Source of the DNA: Lama guanicoe
Taxonomy: Eukaryota
Assembly (NCBI GenBank): GCA_013239625.1
Contig: MU054212.1
Coordinates: 5,428,270 to 5,492,269 of the forward strand
Direction of reading: 5' to 3'
Length of the DNA stretch: 64,000 nt
A program made the translations under genes and the position numbers. The stretch's first letter is position 1; every line of letters begins with the position of its first letter. This document shows, piece by piece, positions 51,741-63,614 of this stretch. The notes below the pieces were generated by a model that saw only the letters and a program-made list of their open reading frames with translations, did no database searches and was not told where the DNA came from.

Positions 51741-53724
51741 ATTCTTTACCCTCAAGGAATGATGGCCAAATGGCATCTGAGAGATGCCAACCGTTAGTGG
51801 TATTAATAATCTTCCAATATTACAGTCAAGCAAGAAAGCTAATTATTTGAAGATTTTAAAATTCACTCAGTCTTTTGATGCTGAAAATTTGGTACTTGGA
51901 CACATCTGGTTAATTCACAGAACTTTTACTTTTCATCCAGATGGCTTGTCATTGTAAATGTCATAACATAAACATGGCAAAACTTGAGCTACTCAAGCTT
52001 TTGTAAATGGACCTCGGCACACTCTTTGCTCTTACAGAAGTGTGATGCTGACTCGGATACACTGTCAGCTTTTGTGTGATGCCCTATAATTAAATGAAAA
52101 TGGTCCCATCACAAAGATACAAACCTAGAAAAGAGAAAGTTGGATTGATAAGAGATCTTACAGCACATTTCTCCCTGAAGAATCAAGAAAATGGAGAAAC
52201 ATCACTGGTGTTGCAGTCACCTCTGTGGACTGAGGAACTGGAGGACAAATGCAAGCACCTTAATGAATGTGTTTCTGTTCAGACATTCTCCAGATTAGAC
52301 AAGGGTGTGGCCAGACTTTCTCCCAGCAGTAAGACCGTCCATCACAATATCATCTATCAGGGAATTCAGTCACCAATATTTTTTGTTTTCATAAGCAGCC
52401 ATGATCTGTAAACAAGATGAACTTTCTTGCTCTTTGGACCATTTTAATAATCATAACGTCACATCTCACGTGAAAATGGAGTGGGAACACCTGCCTGTAC
52501 TCAAACTGTACGGAGCTTACGTTAGCATCAATTTATCTGTTCTCTTACTTCTTTGGGGAAGGAACTGGCATTTCAGCTATTAGCCATTTATTTTACACTG
52601 ATTAATTTTAAGCTTTGATTCACATTCATCATAATTAGAATCAGATAATAGCGTTCTACGTGAGGCACCAGTAGCTTCCTTTAGAAAATCAAACGGGTTG
52701 TAATTAGGACTTGGTGTGATGTTTGGCAGAACCATGGAGCCTTCTGGGTCACTTTCTGCCTGTTCTTTGTGAAGAACCATCCACATGAAGCAGCTGGAGC
52801 TCCAAAAGGACATCTGACTGGTAAATTGACCTGATTGATTCAAATTTGATTACATACTGGAAACACATTTAGTTCAAGTTAAGCACATAAATATATATCA
52901 GTTAGAATAAAGATCCAGTTGCTCTTTTGTTATTCATTAATGAAACTTAATGACTTCAACAAAATATGAATGAAGAAAAAATATTGGCTTGCATAATTCA
53001 TTTGGAAGAATTAATTAATTGTTATATTAAGGGCAGCCTGTTCCACAAGTAATTACTAAGGCTTTGATGGAGAATTGCTTTATGTTATTTATTTAGCAAG
53101 CTGTTGTTTACCTTTTTCATTTTATATTGATTTGTTATGCACTTAGTTTTTTCTCCTACAGAAGAAAATTGAGTATGATTTAAAATGATGATTCTAACCA
53201 TGTACTTATAATTGAGAAGGTGACTACATTATAACATGATGTTTACTAAATGCTACATGCAGTACAGAGATAAAAGGATTACCTAGTGGTAATATGCTAC
53301 CCAACCACCAGATTCCAACACAATATCTGACAAATAATATCCTTATTTAGTGAGTAACTAGAAGGCAGAAATAGGATAAAACAAACTTCAAGTTGGCATC
53401 AAAGCTTTGCTTTTGATTAGGCAAAGTCAGGGTTTGTTAAGTATTTTAACACAGAGGTGCCAGAGATAAATATTTTAAAAGAAAATACAATATTTAATGT
53501 CTTCTAAAATGCAGTATCAAGGGCTATACGAATGAGTACTTAAACATAAAGCTGAGTCAACACTTCAGAATTCTCATTCTCTTTCAACTTTTGTTTTCTT
53601 CTATGACTTTGATCTACATACTAAACCTCATCATATCTATTTAAGTAAAATACAAAGATTAACAGACAAATTCTTGATTAGTATATATTGACTAATGACT
53701 TTGATTGGTTTGACATGAGTACAG

Positions 53725-53726
<2 letters not shown>

Positions 53727-53774
<48 letters not shown>
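53727..53774. repeat. (TTA)16 microsatellite
   Basis: Uninterrupted tta repeat of 48 bp. Confidence 0.95.
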
Positions 53775-53776
<2 letters not shown>

Positions 53777-55359
53777 TATTACTATTATTATTAAGATTAA
53801 TCCTTAATGTGTTTATTAAATTATCTTTTCACTAGCTACAACTCTGAAAGAGCAAGTAATTTTTTTTAATGATAAACAAGCAATCAAAAGCTTTCCTTCT
53901 TTTAGAAGAAAATTCATTATCTGCTGTGAATAAATGAAAGTGTTACTACATTGAATCGCTTCAAGAGGCTTTCATTCCATTACAGGGCAGATGATTTCGC
54001 AGGTAATGGCGAGACCACTTGCATAATAGCACCGTGTTTCATTAAGATAAAAAAAGATAAAACCCAAAGTATTCACATCCCAGAATAAATCAGCCCAGCT
54101 CTCTGCTGATCGGCTGTGCCTTTTTCATTACTATATGGATGTGATGAATATTTTTCAAAACCTAGTTTAAACAAACTGTTCAGAAAGAAATGAGTTCTCC
54201 TGATCAAACGAAAATTAAGGTGAAAATTGATGTCCTTCCTTCCTCCCCCGCCATGGAAATATTTAAGAATAAGAGACAATTATTTCTCAGAACTGTTAAG
54301 TCCTCTCAGGATTTGTCTCCTTCATACATTATGCAGCAACTATTTTAAACCCGGCCTATCTCCGAGGGGCGAAAGATGGAGAAAATAAATGAAGGAATGC
54401 CACCGAATATCATTCGTCCTGGAGACAGAAGGCACATGCATGCTGAGTCCCTTATTTCTCTTACTCCAGAAAAGCAGATAGCTCAAACCGTTTATTTCAA
54501 CATTAGATTTCTCTCCACTTTATTCATTTCTCAAGCAACCACCGGATGGCAGCATAGGACGATAAGTCAAAACTGATTCCTTAATTCAAAATCATCCACC
54601 AGAGGTTATTAATCAGACGTGAATCCTTTCATGCCTAATGCATGGAACTGGTAGCAAATTCATTCATGGCAAAAATGTGTGTGATACTTAGTCCCACCCG
54701 TGTGTGGTTGCAGTGACACCTCACCAAGTAAATTCTCAATTGAGTCTGGCAGAAACCAGAACAGAATCTGTCTTTCATGCTGTAGTATCGTGGTGGGTGT
54801 TAGCAATGCAAACATGAATTTGTAGTGGGAAACATGAGAGCTTCAAGAAAAATGTAGAAGAGCTGACCATGACGGCCTTAGCGTTTGCTTTTTAAAAATC
54901 AGTCCCAGATTTCCTATCTCTGGTCCCATTTCCCTCTCTCATAAAGAAGAAAGTAAAATGTGCAGAAATCCATTAGGATTATATCAAGTTATTTGGGCTC
55001 ATTAATACAAGATTTTTAATATCCCCTACTATCTTCTGCAGAACAGGATATAATTTATCTTCAGATTGGACAGACTAGCCAATGAGTTTTTGGTACTTTT
55101 TCCCCCACCCCTGTGCCTGCCTCAGGATGCCTCAAAGGTCACATTGCTCCCTCCCACATTATTTCTGTTTCTCCTCCATCTGAGTGCCTCCACTCTCTAT
55201 TTGGAAGCCTTTGTTTATCAAAGAAACTCCATTCAGCTTTCTCGCATTTGCCTTCTGGGTACCACCCACCCAGGTGGCACACCTGAGGCCTTCTCTTCTC
55301 AGCCTGGCCAGTCTTTTCTCCTGCCACCAAATTGCTCTTTGAGAGTGTAAACCTTAATT

Positions 55360-55535
55360 CTTTTATTAACTGAGACATAATTGACATATGACATGGTAAT
55401 ATCATGGACAAAGTTTCAGTTGTACAGCAAAATGATTCGATATTTGTATGCATTGCAAAGATACTGGCTAATATCCATCACCACACAGAGACAATTTTTT
55501 TTCTCGTGATGATAACTTTTAAAAGGTACTTCTTA
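55360..55535 (-). mobile_element. L1MA9-like extreme 3' end fragment
   Basis: aactgagacataattgacata...gtttcagttgtacagcaaaatgattcgatatttgtat...ttctcgtgatgataacttttaa. Confidence 0.75.
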
Positions 55536-55688
55536 AAAGTTTAAAAACTGCAATATTTAAAAAAATCATTTAGATTTAGAACCCCCACATTCTATAATTT
55601 GTTACTTTACACGTATTTCCTATTTTCTCACACGCATACAATTGCTTCAAATGCTGTTACTTGTCATGCTTAGAAATCCTCATTTAGA

Positions 55689-55905
55689 ACAGCGTTTTCA
55701 CTGGGATATTGTGCAATATCATTTACTAGGAAACATGTTGCAAAGAAACATCCATTTGAGGAATGACACATGTGCTTCCTTATGAAAAGAAGAAATACAT
55801 ATTAACATATGAAGTCTCTGAGAAGTCCCACAGAAAAGAACTATTTTACCTTTTGTAAGTCCAGCTTTTAAAATCCTGCTATTACCTTGCGTTAAGAAAT
55901 GCTGG
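55689..55905. mobile_element. hAT-Charlie MITE, MER103-like
   Basis: attaacatatgaagtctctgagaagtcccacagaaaagaactatttt. Confidence 0.55.
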
Positions 55906-56218
55906 CTTCGAACATATAAATCAAAACATGAAGATTACACTTTGAAGCGCATAATATCTCTCACATACAAAACTGAAATTTTGACATCGCAAATACCGAA
56001 GTTCCGATGCACTTAGTTGTCAATCCAGAGTATATGTTAACATTGAAAATACCATCAAATTCCAAAATTCCTGAGACAAAAGTTTTAAGCCTATTTTAAA
56101 AGTTTCTCATATAAATGTTGTAAATCATTCAGTTAATCTAAAATAAATCTTTTGTGTGAAAATTTTACACTGTGAAACTCAACTTGGACCCATGAAAACG
56201 ATCTAATTTATCGATAGA

Positions 56219-56237
56219 TGTTGCCATCTAGTGGCCA
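56219..56237 (-). promoter_or_regulatory. CTCF binding motif
   Basis: Reverse complement TGGCCACTAGATGGCAACA is a near-consensus CTCF core (CCASYAGRKGGCR). Confidence 0.75.
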
Positions 56238-57116
56238 TTTCTTAAATCACAGTTTGAACTCGAACATTTGGCTGAAAGCTGTCACAGTAATTATATTCAG
56301 AGACAGAATTTTAGAGTAGATTATCACTAAACTCAGACTTATAAGTTTAGAGATTTAATTCTTCTTCAGGAAATCTTATATTTGATTTTCAATTCATTTA
56401 TACAAATATCTAAATTTACTGGGTTCCCCTGACTATTAACAGTAATTTACTATTTTAGGGGGTTGGATGTCAGGCTGATTTTGGCCTGACGCACTCATAC
56501 ATGTTTCCACCTAGCAGTTCACATGCATTTAGTTTACAGATTTTCTGATCATGTCAACTTAGTGATACTCACATTGCCTTTCAGAAGAAATAATACTTAA
56601 TGTTCATAATATATCAGTTTAAAGGCAAGAAACTAAAATTAAGCTTTTGGTCAGTTACCCAAGTGATGGACTGTGCCTCCTTTAAGGCCTAAAAATGATC
56701 ACCATTTCATTTAGTTAACACATACATTGTAAAGGTTTAGATATCTTCCTTCATTGCAGCCGAGTAGGAGGGAATGGAGAAAGAAAGTAGTTTTTACAGC
56801 TTACTTACTTGGAGGGAAATTCAAAAGTACCTGGGGAAATATAAGCACCAAATATCAAGTAAGAGCGGGGGAAGTTAGATGTGTAACAAAGTTAGGGCAA
56901 GAAACAATGTTAACATGACCACAGACTGAAGTCTGAGATGGTTGCCTTAAGAGAGCAGTGAAGTGAGAGAGAACACAAGACAGGGCGGGGGCTGACATTT
57001 TCAAAGTGGGTATTCTGCATCAGTGCCTCGCCAGTAGAATTTCAAATGTTCAAAGCTGGGCTAAAATGGTAGAGCTGTCACCACCTTATTTCAAATATTT
57101 TTAATCTGTGGAATTT

Positions 57117-58100
57117 AAAAAAAATTTATTCTTTGTAGTAAGAACATTTTACATGAGCTCTGTCTTCTTAACAGATGTTTAAGTATATAATACAGTATCA
57201 CTGACTGTCGGTATAATGTCACACAGCAGATCTCCAGAACCTTTTCATTTTTCACAACTGAAACTCTGTAGCCAGTGGGGACAGCAGCTCCCCATTTCCC
57301 CTTCCCCTGGCTCCTGGCAACCACCATTCTCCTCTTTGCCTCTACAAATTTGACTATTTTACATACCTCATTTTAGTGGAATCAGGCAATACTTGTCTCT
57401 CTGTAACTGGATTAGGTCACCTGAAGTCCTCTAGTTTCATCCATGTTGTTGCATATTGAATATCTTCTTTTTTTTAAAGACTGAATAATATTCCATTGAA
57501 TGTATATAGTATATTTTCCTTACCCATCTGTCAGTGGAAACTTGGGTTGTTTCCCATCTTGACTACAGTGAATAGCAATGCAGTGAACATGAGAGTGTTA
57601 ATAACTCTGTAATACACTGATTTCAGTTGTTTTGGATAAATACCCAGAAGTGGGATTGCTAGATCATATCATAGTTCTGTTTTCAATTTTTTGAAGAATC
57701 TCCCCATAATGTTATCCATAGCAGCTGCACCATTTTGCATTCTTACTAGCAATGGACAAGGATTCCAATTTTTCCACATCCCAGCTTGTTGCCCTTTGTT
57801 TTCTTGATAATACTCATGCTGACAAGTGTGGGGTGATATTTCATTGTGGTTTTGATTTGCATTTCCCTGATGATTAATGGTCTTGAGCATTTTTTTATGT
57901 ACCTGTTTCTTCTTTGGATAAATTGCTATTCAAGTCCTCAGTCTATATTTTAATCAAGTTATTAGTTTTTTTGTTACTGAGCTGTAGGAGATCCAAAGCT
58001 TTTTGGAGATTTTTACCCCTTAACAGATATGTCGTTTGTAAATGTTTTCTCCTCCTCCTTAGGCTGTCTTTTCACTCTGTTGATATTATCCTTTGCTGTG
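57117..58100 (-). mobile_element. 5'-truncated L1MB1/2-like element
   Basis: ggataaatacccagaagtgggattgctagatcata...cattgtggttttgatttgcatttccctgatg; TSD aatctgtggaattt (57103-57116) / aatctttggaattt (58101-58114). Confidence 0.92.
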
Positions 58101-58610
58101 AATCTTTGGAATTTTAAACTAAGATGTTTGAAAGCTATCAGACTCCCAGCTTGCCAACGGAAAAGTCACATGCTTTTTTAATGAACATTCTAAAAATTCA
58201 GTACGACTAAATAAAGCAGGGAGAGGTGTTTTGAGTGGTTCTGGGTCAATCTGAGTGACAGTTTTCAGGCCTTTGAATTCGACTCAAAGGCATTCTTGGC
58301 CCCATCAGATGACAGACTGTAGCCACATATCCCTTCACCATCATTGCACCAGCTTCTGACCCCTCATTCCAATTACATTCCAGGAGCAGATGCAGGATCG
58401 TCAATGCCTGTATAGCAAATAGTAAGAAAGAGGAGTAGAAAACAGGACTGTGGTCGCTTACCAACCGAGACCCATCTCTGCTTAACGTGTACACAGTGTC
58501 CCTGCTGTAACGAGTATGCTTTAGGTTAAGTTTTTTTTTAATATCACAATTTGTTTAAGTTAAACGTGGTTGCAATTGTTATTTTTGCTTTCAACAAATT
58601 TATAAGAGGA

Positions 58611-58773
58611 GGTGGGAGGGTAGAGCTCAGTGGCAGAGTGCGTGCCTAACGTGCTTAAGGTCCTGGGTTGGATACCCGCTACCTCCACTAAAGATTAAAA
58701 AAAAAGAAAAAAGAAAAAAACTAATTACCTCCCCACTAAAAACTTTTTCTAAATAAAAATAAATAATTTTTTT
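58611..58773 (+). mobile_element. Camelid tRNA-derived SINE (Vic-1 type)
   Basis: gggagggtagagctcagtggcagagtgcgtgcc...aggtcctgggtt...tacctccactaaa, internal A-tract, ctaattacctcccc, A-rich tail; TSD aaatttataagagga (58596-58610) / aaatttacaagagga (58774-58788). Confidence 0.9.
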
Positions 58774-60319
58774 AAATTTACAAGAGGAAAAGAAAACCCC
58801 TATGACCTAACGGAGAGTACACTAGTAACATACAAAGATACAGATCTCGTCTTTTAGCAGCTGAGACACAAATTGAAGAAGCATTCAAGGTCAGTCAATC
58901 AGTGTCACATGATAAGGTGCCGAATGTGTATGCTGACCTGATGTGTTGACTATATTAATTTCAGTAGCCTTTTCTTAACCAGCGCTACCTAATGTCTTGC
59001 CACTGTAGTCTACATTTTTCCGTACTTCGATTTTATGACACCTACCTCTGTTTCCTCCCACTGTGCTTGCTGTGGTTCTCCGCACACAGTGCTGTGTCAA
59101 GTACGTACCATGTCGGCACGTGAGCATGCACTCACGGCTTCAAGTTATCTGGCTGGTCCACCCTATTTTATACTCACATCTGGGAATTTTCCTCTCCTCC
59201 AGTTTTTTTCTTTTTGGCTCTCTCGAAGATTTCTTTCCCACTGGGCCTCAGTAAAACCTTTCTTCAATTTTAGTAGAGTCAACTGTAATATAAAATAACC
59301 TAAACCCTCAGTTTGAATGCTGTCCTTTGGCATGCTTTGGCTTCCAGAGTTCTAGGTTTTTTCTGTTTTTTTTTTCTTTTTTACTTTCTCTAAATGCTAT
59401 TATGGAATGTATTTAATAAATGTCTGACCCTAGTTTTGGGTTTCAGGGTCACAATTCAGGATGTTTGTCTATCATTTTTCTTGGCATGTTCTTACAGGCT
59501 GTCAAAGCCACAAAGCAGCTCATCTCTCTAATGTTTACCTTTGCTTCGTTATGAAAATAATCCTTTAAAGTGCTGGCTGGTCAGTCATTCTCTCAAAATG
59601 ACCCTTTTATTCTCAAAGGTTTTATTTGGACAAATTCTTAGCCCTGAGGCACTTCTTAGTTAATTGAAAGGTAATTGAAAGTAAAAACCAACTTTGAAAC
59701 CTACCTGTGAGGATATCTCATAATTACGTTAACTGAGTTGATTGAATCAACACAATTTTGCAAATTGCCTTCGTAAAGACAATTCCTGTGTCCACATATG
59801 ACATGTCCTCAGAAGAAAAAGAATCATTCCTTGAAAATGAAAAACATAAGAATCTCAAAAAAAAAATGTTAACATGAAAACAATGCTACTAGATATTTTA
59901 AACTGTATTTTAAAAGAAACAAGTAATCCTTCTTTTAAATTGATAGCAATAATTTTATAACTTGAAATAAAATGTGATACGTGTAGTATATATTAAAGCA
60001 TTTGAAATATAAAAACATTTACCAGCTCTGCAAGGAAACCAAATATAGCACCATAAAATATTTTGCATAAATATTACCCAGATCAGAAAAATTTTATAAA
60101 TAATTACATGTGCAAACGCTATCACTGAGCCTGAATCATTAGGATTTAGTATCTTCCTCATAACACAATGGGGAATACAGCTCAATTTTGGGCCAAAAAA
60201 CAACGTATCCTTGGATTTTTTTTTTTTTCATTCCCTAGCCCATATGGCAAATGACATGCCAGGAAGTAGGGAGAAACATGGGAAAAAATTAGAATCATTT
60301 GGGTAGTTAAAAACTATAG

Positions 60320-61073
60320 AATTCAACATCAGCAAAATGGCAGACTAGGAAGGTCCAAACTCTCCTTCTTACATAAAAACATCAACCAAACAACCACAAG
60401 CTATCGAAGCCAACTTTGTAAGAGCTCTGGAAGCAAAGGTTTGTGACACAGCAAACCCTTAATCAAGAAAAAGCCATCTCAAATGGCAGGAGAGTTTTCA
60501 GTATTTTTATTTGCCATCACCCCAGCTCCTCGCTGGTGCAGTCGTGGTGTCTTGGTCTTAAGCAGCAGCAACCCGGTTCTCCTCATCTTTGGACCAGAGG
60601 GAGCAGAACAGACCCTATTTGCACGTTATGGTGTAGATCTGTTCTCATCTGGCTGGAGGATCCGAAGGGCTGACTCGCTGGTCTCTGTCTCATGTAACCT
60701 GGAATGCAGGCAGGATACAGCGGCGAGCGCTCTTCAAAAAAGCCACAAGGGGGCTGCAAACTCGCAGACACCTGGAGTAAACGATTACAGGTAGAGACGT
60801 GCAATAGACTCTTTAAGGCCTGGAGGAGGATGTGGAGTAAGAGTCTGGGAAATCGGGACATTCAACAGGAGCTGCGTATATGGGGGCTTTCAGGGCATCA
60901 CGCGCATGCGCAGGCAAGACGCATGCTCAGAAGAGTCACGGGAAGACCTTAAGCTTTTGCCTTAGGCTGATCCGTGAAGGGCTGTCTCAACAAAAGCTAG
61001 TCTGTAAAGACTGGGAGAAATAGTTGTTCATTCTTTTCACCTTTTGTGTGTGTGTATGTGTATTTTTGTTTGT
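60320..61073 (+). mobile_element. Old L1M 5' UTR fragment
   Basis: catcagcaaaatggcagactaggaagg start; aactttgtaagagctctggaa, cttaatcaagaaaaagcc, gaagaccttaagctttt and ctgtaaagactgggaga are L1M4-type 5'-end motifs. Confidence 0.7.
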
Positions 61074-61820
61074 CAATGAGAGAAGACTTTACATCTGCTA
61101 AAATGGCTACGATCAAAAAGGCAAATAGTAAGCATTGGCAGAGATGTGAAATCAGAACCTTCATACACCATCTGTGGTCATGGAAAAGGGTACCACTGCC
61201 TTGGGAAATATTTTAACCATTCTTCAAAAATTTAAACAGAGAACTACCATGTGATCCAGCAATTTCAGTCCTAGCTACATACCCAGGAGAAATGAAAACA
61301 TATGTCCACACAAAAATGTGTACCTGAATGTTCATAGCAGCATTATTCATAACAGCTAAAAAGTGGGGGAAAAAATCCAAATGCTCATCAGTGACAAATA
61401 AATAAATAAAAGGTGTGTATCCATACAATGAAATATTTTTTCACCATAAAATGAATGAAATAATGATACATGCTACAGTATGTATAATCCTTGAAAATAT
61501 TGTGCTAAGTGAAACAAGCCAGTCACAAAAAAAACCCCACATATTATATGATTCTCCTGAAATAAAATGTCCAGAATAGACAAATCTGTAGAAACATAAA
61601 CTAGTGTTTGCACAGGGGCTGGTGCTCAAAGGGGTTATAGCTAATGAGTATAGCGTTTCTTTTGGGGGTGAAAAAAATGACTTTTAAATTGATTGTGGTG
61701 ATGGTTGCACAACTTTGACTATAATGAAAATGATTCAATTAATTACACATTACAAATAAATGAAATGTATGGTATGTGAGTTAACATCTCAATTAAGCTG
61801 TGAAAGTAAATAAATAAATT
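61074..61820 (+). mobile_element. L1MB-type ORF2 end and 3' UTR
   Basis: acccaggagaaatgaaaacatatgtccacacaaaaatgtgtacctgaatgttcatagcagcattattc...gattgtggtgatggttgcacaact...atctcaattaagctg. Confidence 0.9.
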
Positions 61821-61899
61821 GACTGATTGATTGGCATATCGATAAATAAATAAGCAAATGCAGAAAACTCTGGTAGTAGAGATATAATGAAGTTTTTTA

Positions 61900-62350
61900 A
61901 CCAGATTGATGCAAATACAGTAAGGAAAGAGGAATAAAATAACAAAAAACAGATGGTACCAAAAAAAAAATCTGATAGCAAAATGGTAGACTGAAAACCA
62001 ACTATATCAATATTTAATCAGTAAATCAAACGTTAAAAGACTTTTCATTTATTATAAGAGAAGAGCAAGCTATGTGCTGTATGCAAGAAATACACTTCAA
62101 ATAAAGGCACAGATGCGATGAAAATAAAGGAAAGGGAAAGAGATACACTCTTAGAAAAATACTTAACAAAAGAAAACTGATATAGCTATATTACTATCAA
62201 ACAAATTAGAATTTAAAATGAAAATATTACAAGTGATAAAAAGAAACATTTCATAATAATAAAAGTAGCAATTAAACAAAGATATGAAAATTCCAAATTT
62301 GTATAAAATTGTCAAAAATTTTAAAAGACAGGTAAATCCATAATCATAAT
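61900..62350 (+). mobile_element. Degenerate old L1 ORF2 5' (endonuclease) fragment
   Basis: aaaatggtagactgaaaaccaactatatcaat...ctatgtgctgtatgcaagaaatacacttcaaata...aaagaaacatttcataataataaaag. Confidence 0.65.
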
Positions 62351-63081
62351 AGGAAGTATAGATAAGTAGAAAGTAACATACTTGGTTTCACTAATAATTG
62401 CCCATCATTTCTGACTAGAAGGTCATAGTGAAATTAGCAAAATACACAACTCAGCTTGGAAAAAGAATCCCCAATGACTATTCAAAATGCAGGGATTCTG
62501 GAACTGCTTAGACCGGGGAGGGGGGCGGGGAGGAGGAACAAGTCATCTCATCAACAGAGATATGAAAATGAATGTGGTCAGTCTCTGCATGTTTTGTTAA
62601 TATTATTTTAGGTAGAAAATGGAGGAGCAGGGGGGAAAGCCACTTACATTGGTCTCTATCCTGAAATCTTAACCTCATTAATTTTAAATTAGAATTTTAG
62701 AAAAATAGACCATAGCCCAAAACTGAGATTGTGACCTAGTGGTGGCCAGGTATGAAAAATAAATCAATTTTCTCATAGAAACCATCTCGAGTACATTTAT
62801 TTGATTCATACTTGCTATAAGCAGCAACAGCAGCAGGAAGAAAGCACATAGAAACAGCTACCCACCACACGTGAATTGCACTGAGCTTCTATGGTGTGTG
62901 AAATAAAGCATTTGGTTTTAAAAAGAGAAGGGGAAAAGGGAGAAAGAAAACAGTGGAAGTTAACAGCAAGCTCAGGTAGAGCTGATGTAATTAAGAACAG
63001 GTAAAATGGATTAATGATCATGGTGTCATACACTAGTCATCTCTGATGCCTTCCTAAAATTATCTAAACATTATTTGGGCA

Positions 63082-63614
63082 TGTGGATGAGAAGTGTTGC
63101 CTGCCATTTCAGTAAACAAAGGATATTGCAACCATCAAGCCATTATAGCCGCCCCGACAGTGAGCTTTCAGGGAATTCGGGGTGGAAACAAAAGGGCTGC
63201 CTGCTGCCAAGCCCTCAGCCACTGCAGCTGCCTGTCACCCCCAAAGGTGCACTCAGAGGGGACTCAGGATGGGAAAGAACAGGATACTGGCCCTAAATGT
63301 CTAAGGTGCATCTCAAAGGAATGATTTCAGTGAGCCCAGACTCTTGCATCTTCCCATACACACAGAAGGGCTAAATTCCTTAACTTAGACATCTGGTTTT
63401 CTTTCATTAACAGCAATCTTTTGATGTTTTGACTACCTGGTCTTTGTTGCAAAAAACTCCTATACATCCGGGCTCCTCCCTTACCTCTTCGGAGCAGTCC
63501 CTCAGAGCTATTTTGGGAGGCTGCCTCCCGGGCTTGAAGTCTTCAGAAAGACTGCTGAATAAAACATAATTCTCAACTTTTAGGTTTTGCCTTTTTTGTT
63601 TTTCCCAGGTGACA
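63082..63614 (+). mobile_element. Complete ERV1 solo LTR (533 bp)
   Basis: TG...CA ends; perfect 4-bp TSD ggca (63078-63081, 63615-63618); AATAAA at 63558-63563; same family as 12076-12534. Confidence 0.93.

Noticed and set aside
53970..54008. Possible 17-nt micro-exon (cattacag|ggcagatgatttcgcag|gtaatg)
   Set aside because: Weak donor, length not a multiple of 3 and no other support
57669..57890. ORF with L1-like text (also 29036-29342, 37550-37735, 38217-38405, 61213-61629)
   Set aside because: Chance or shifted frames of decayed L1 sequence, not genes
58614..58688. tRNA-like sequence
   Set aside because: It is the SINE head: damaged B-box, SINE tail and TSD present, no proper acceptor stem
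62515..62536. G-rich run with GC box (ggggaggggggcggggaggagg)
   Set aside because: Only three full G3 tracts and no CpG island around it; insufficient for a G-quadruplex or promoter call
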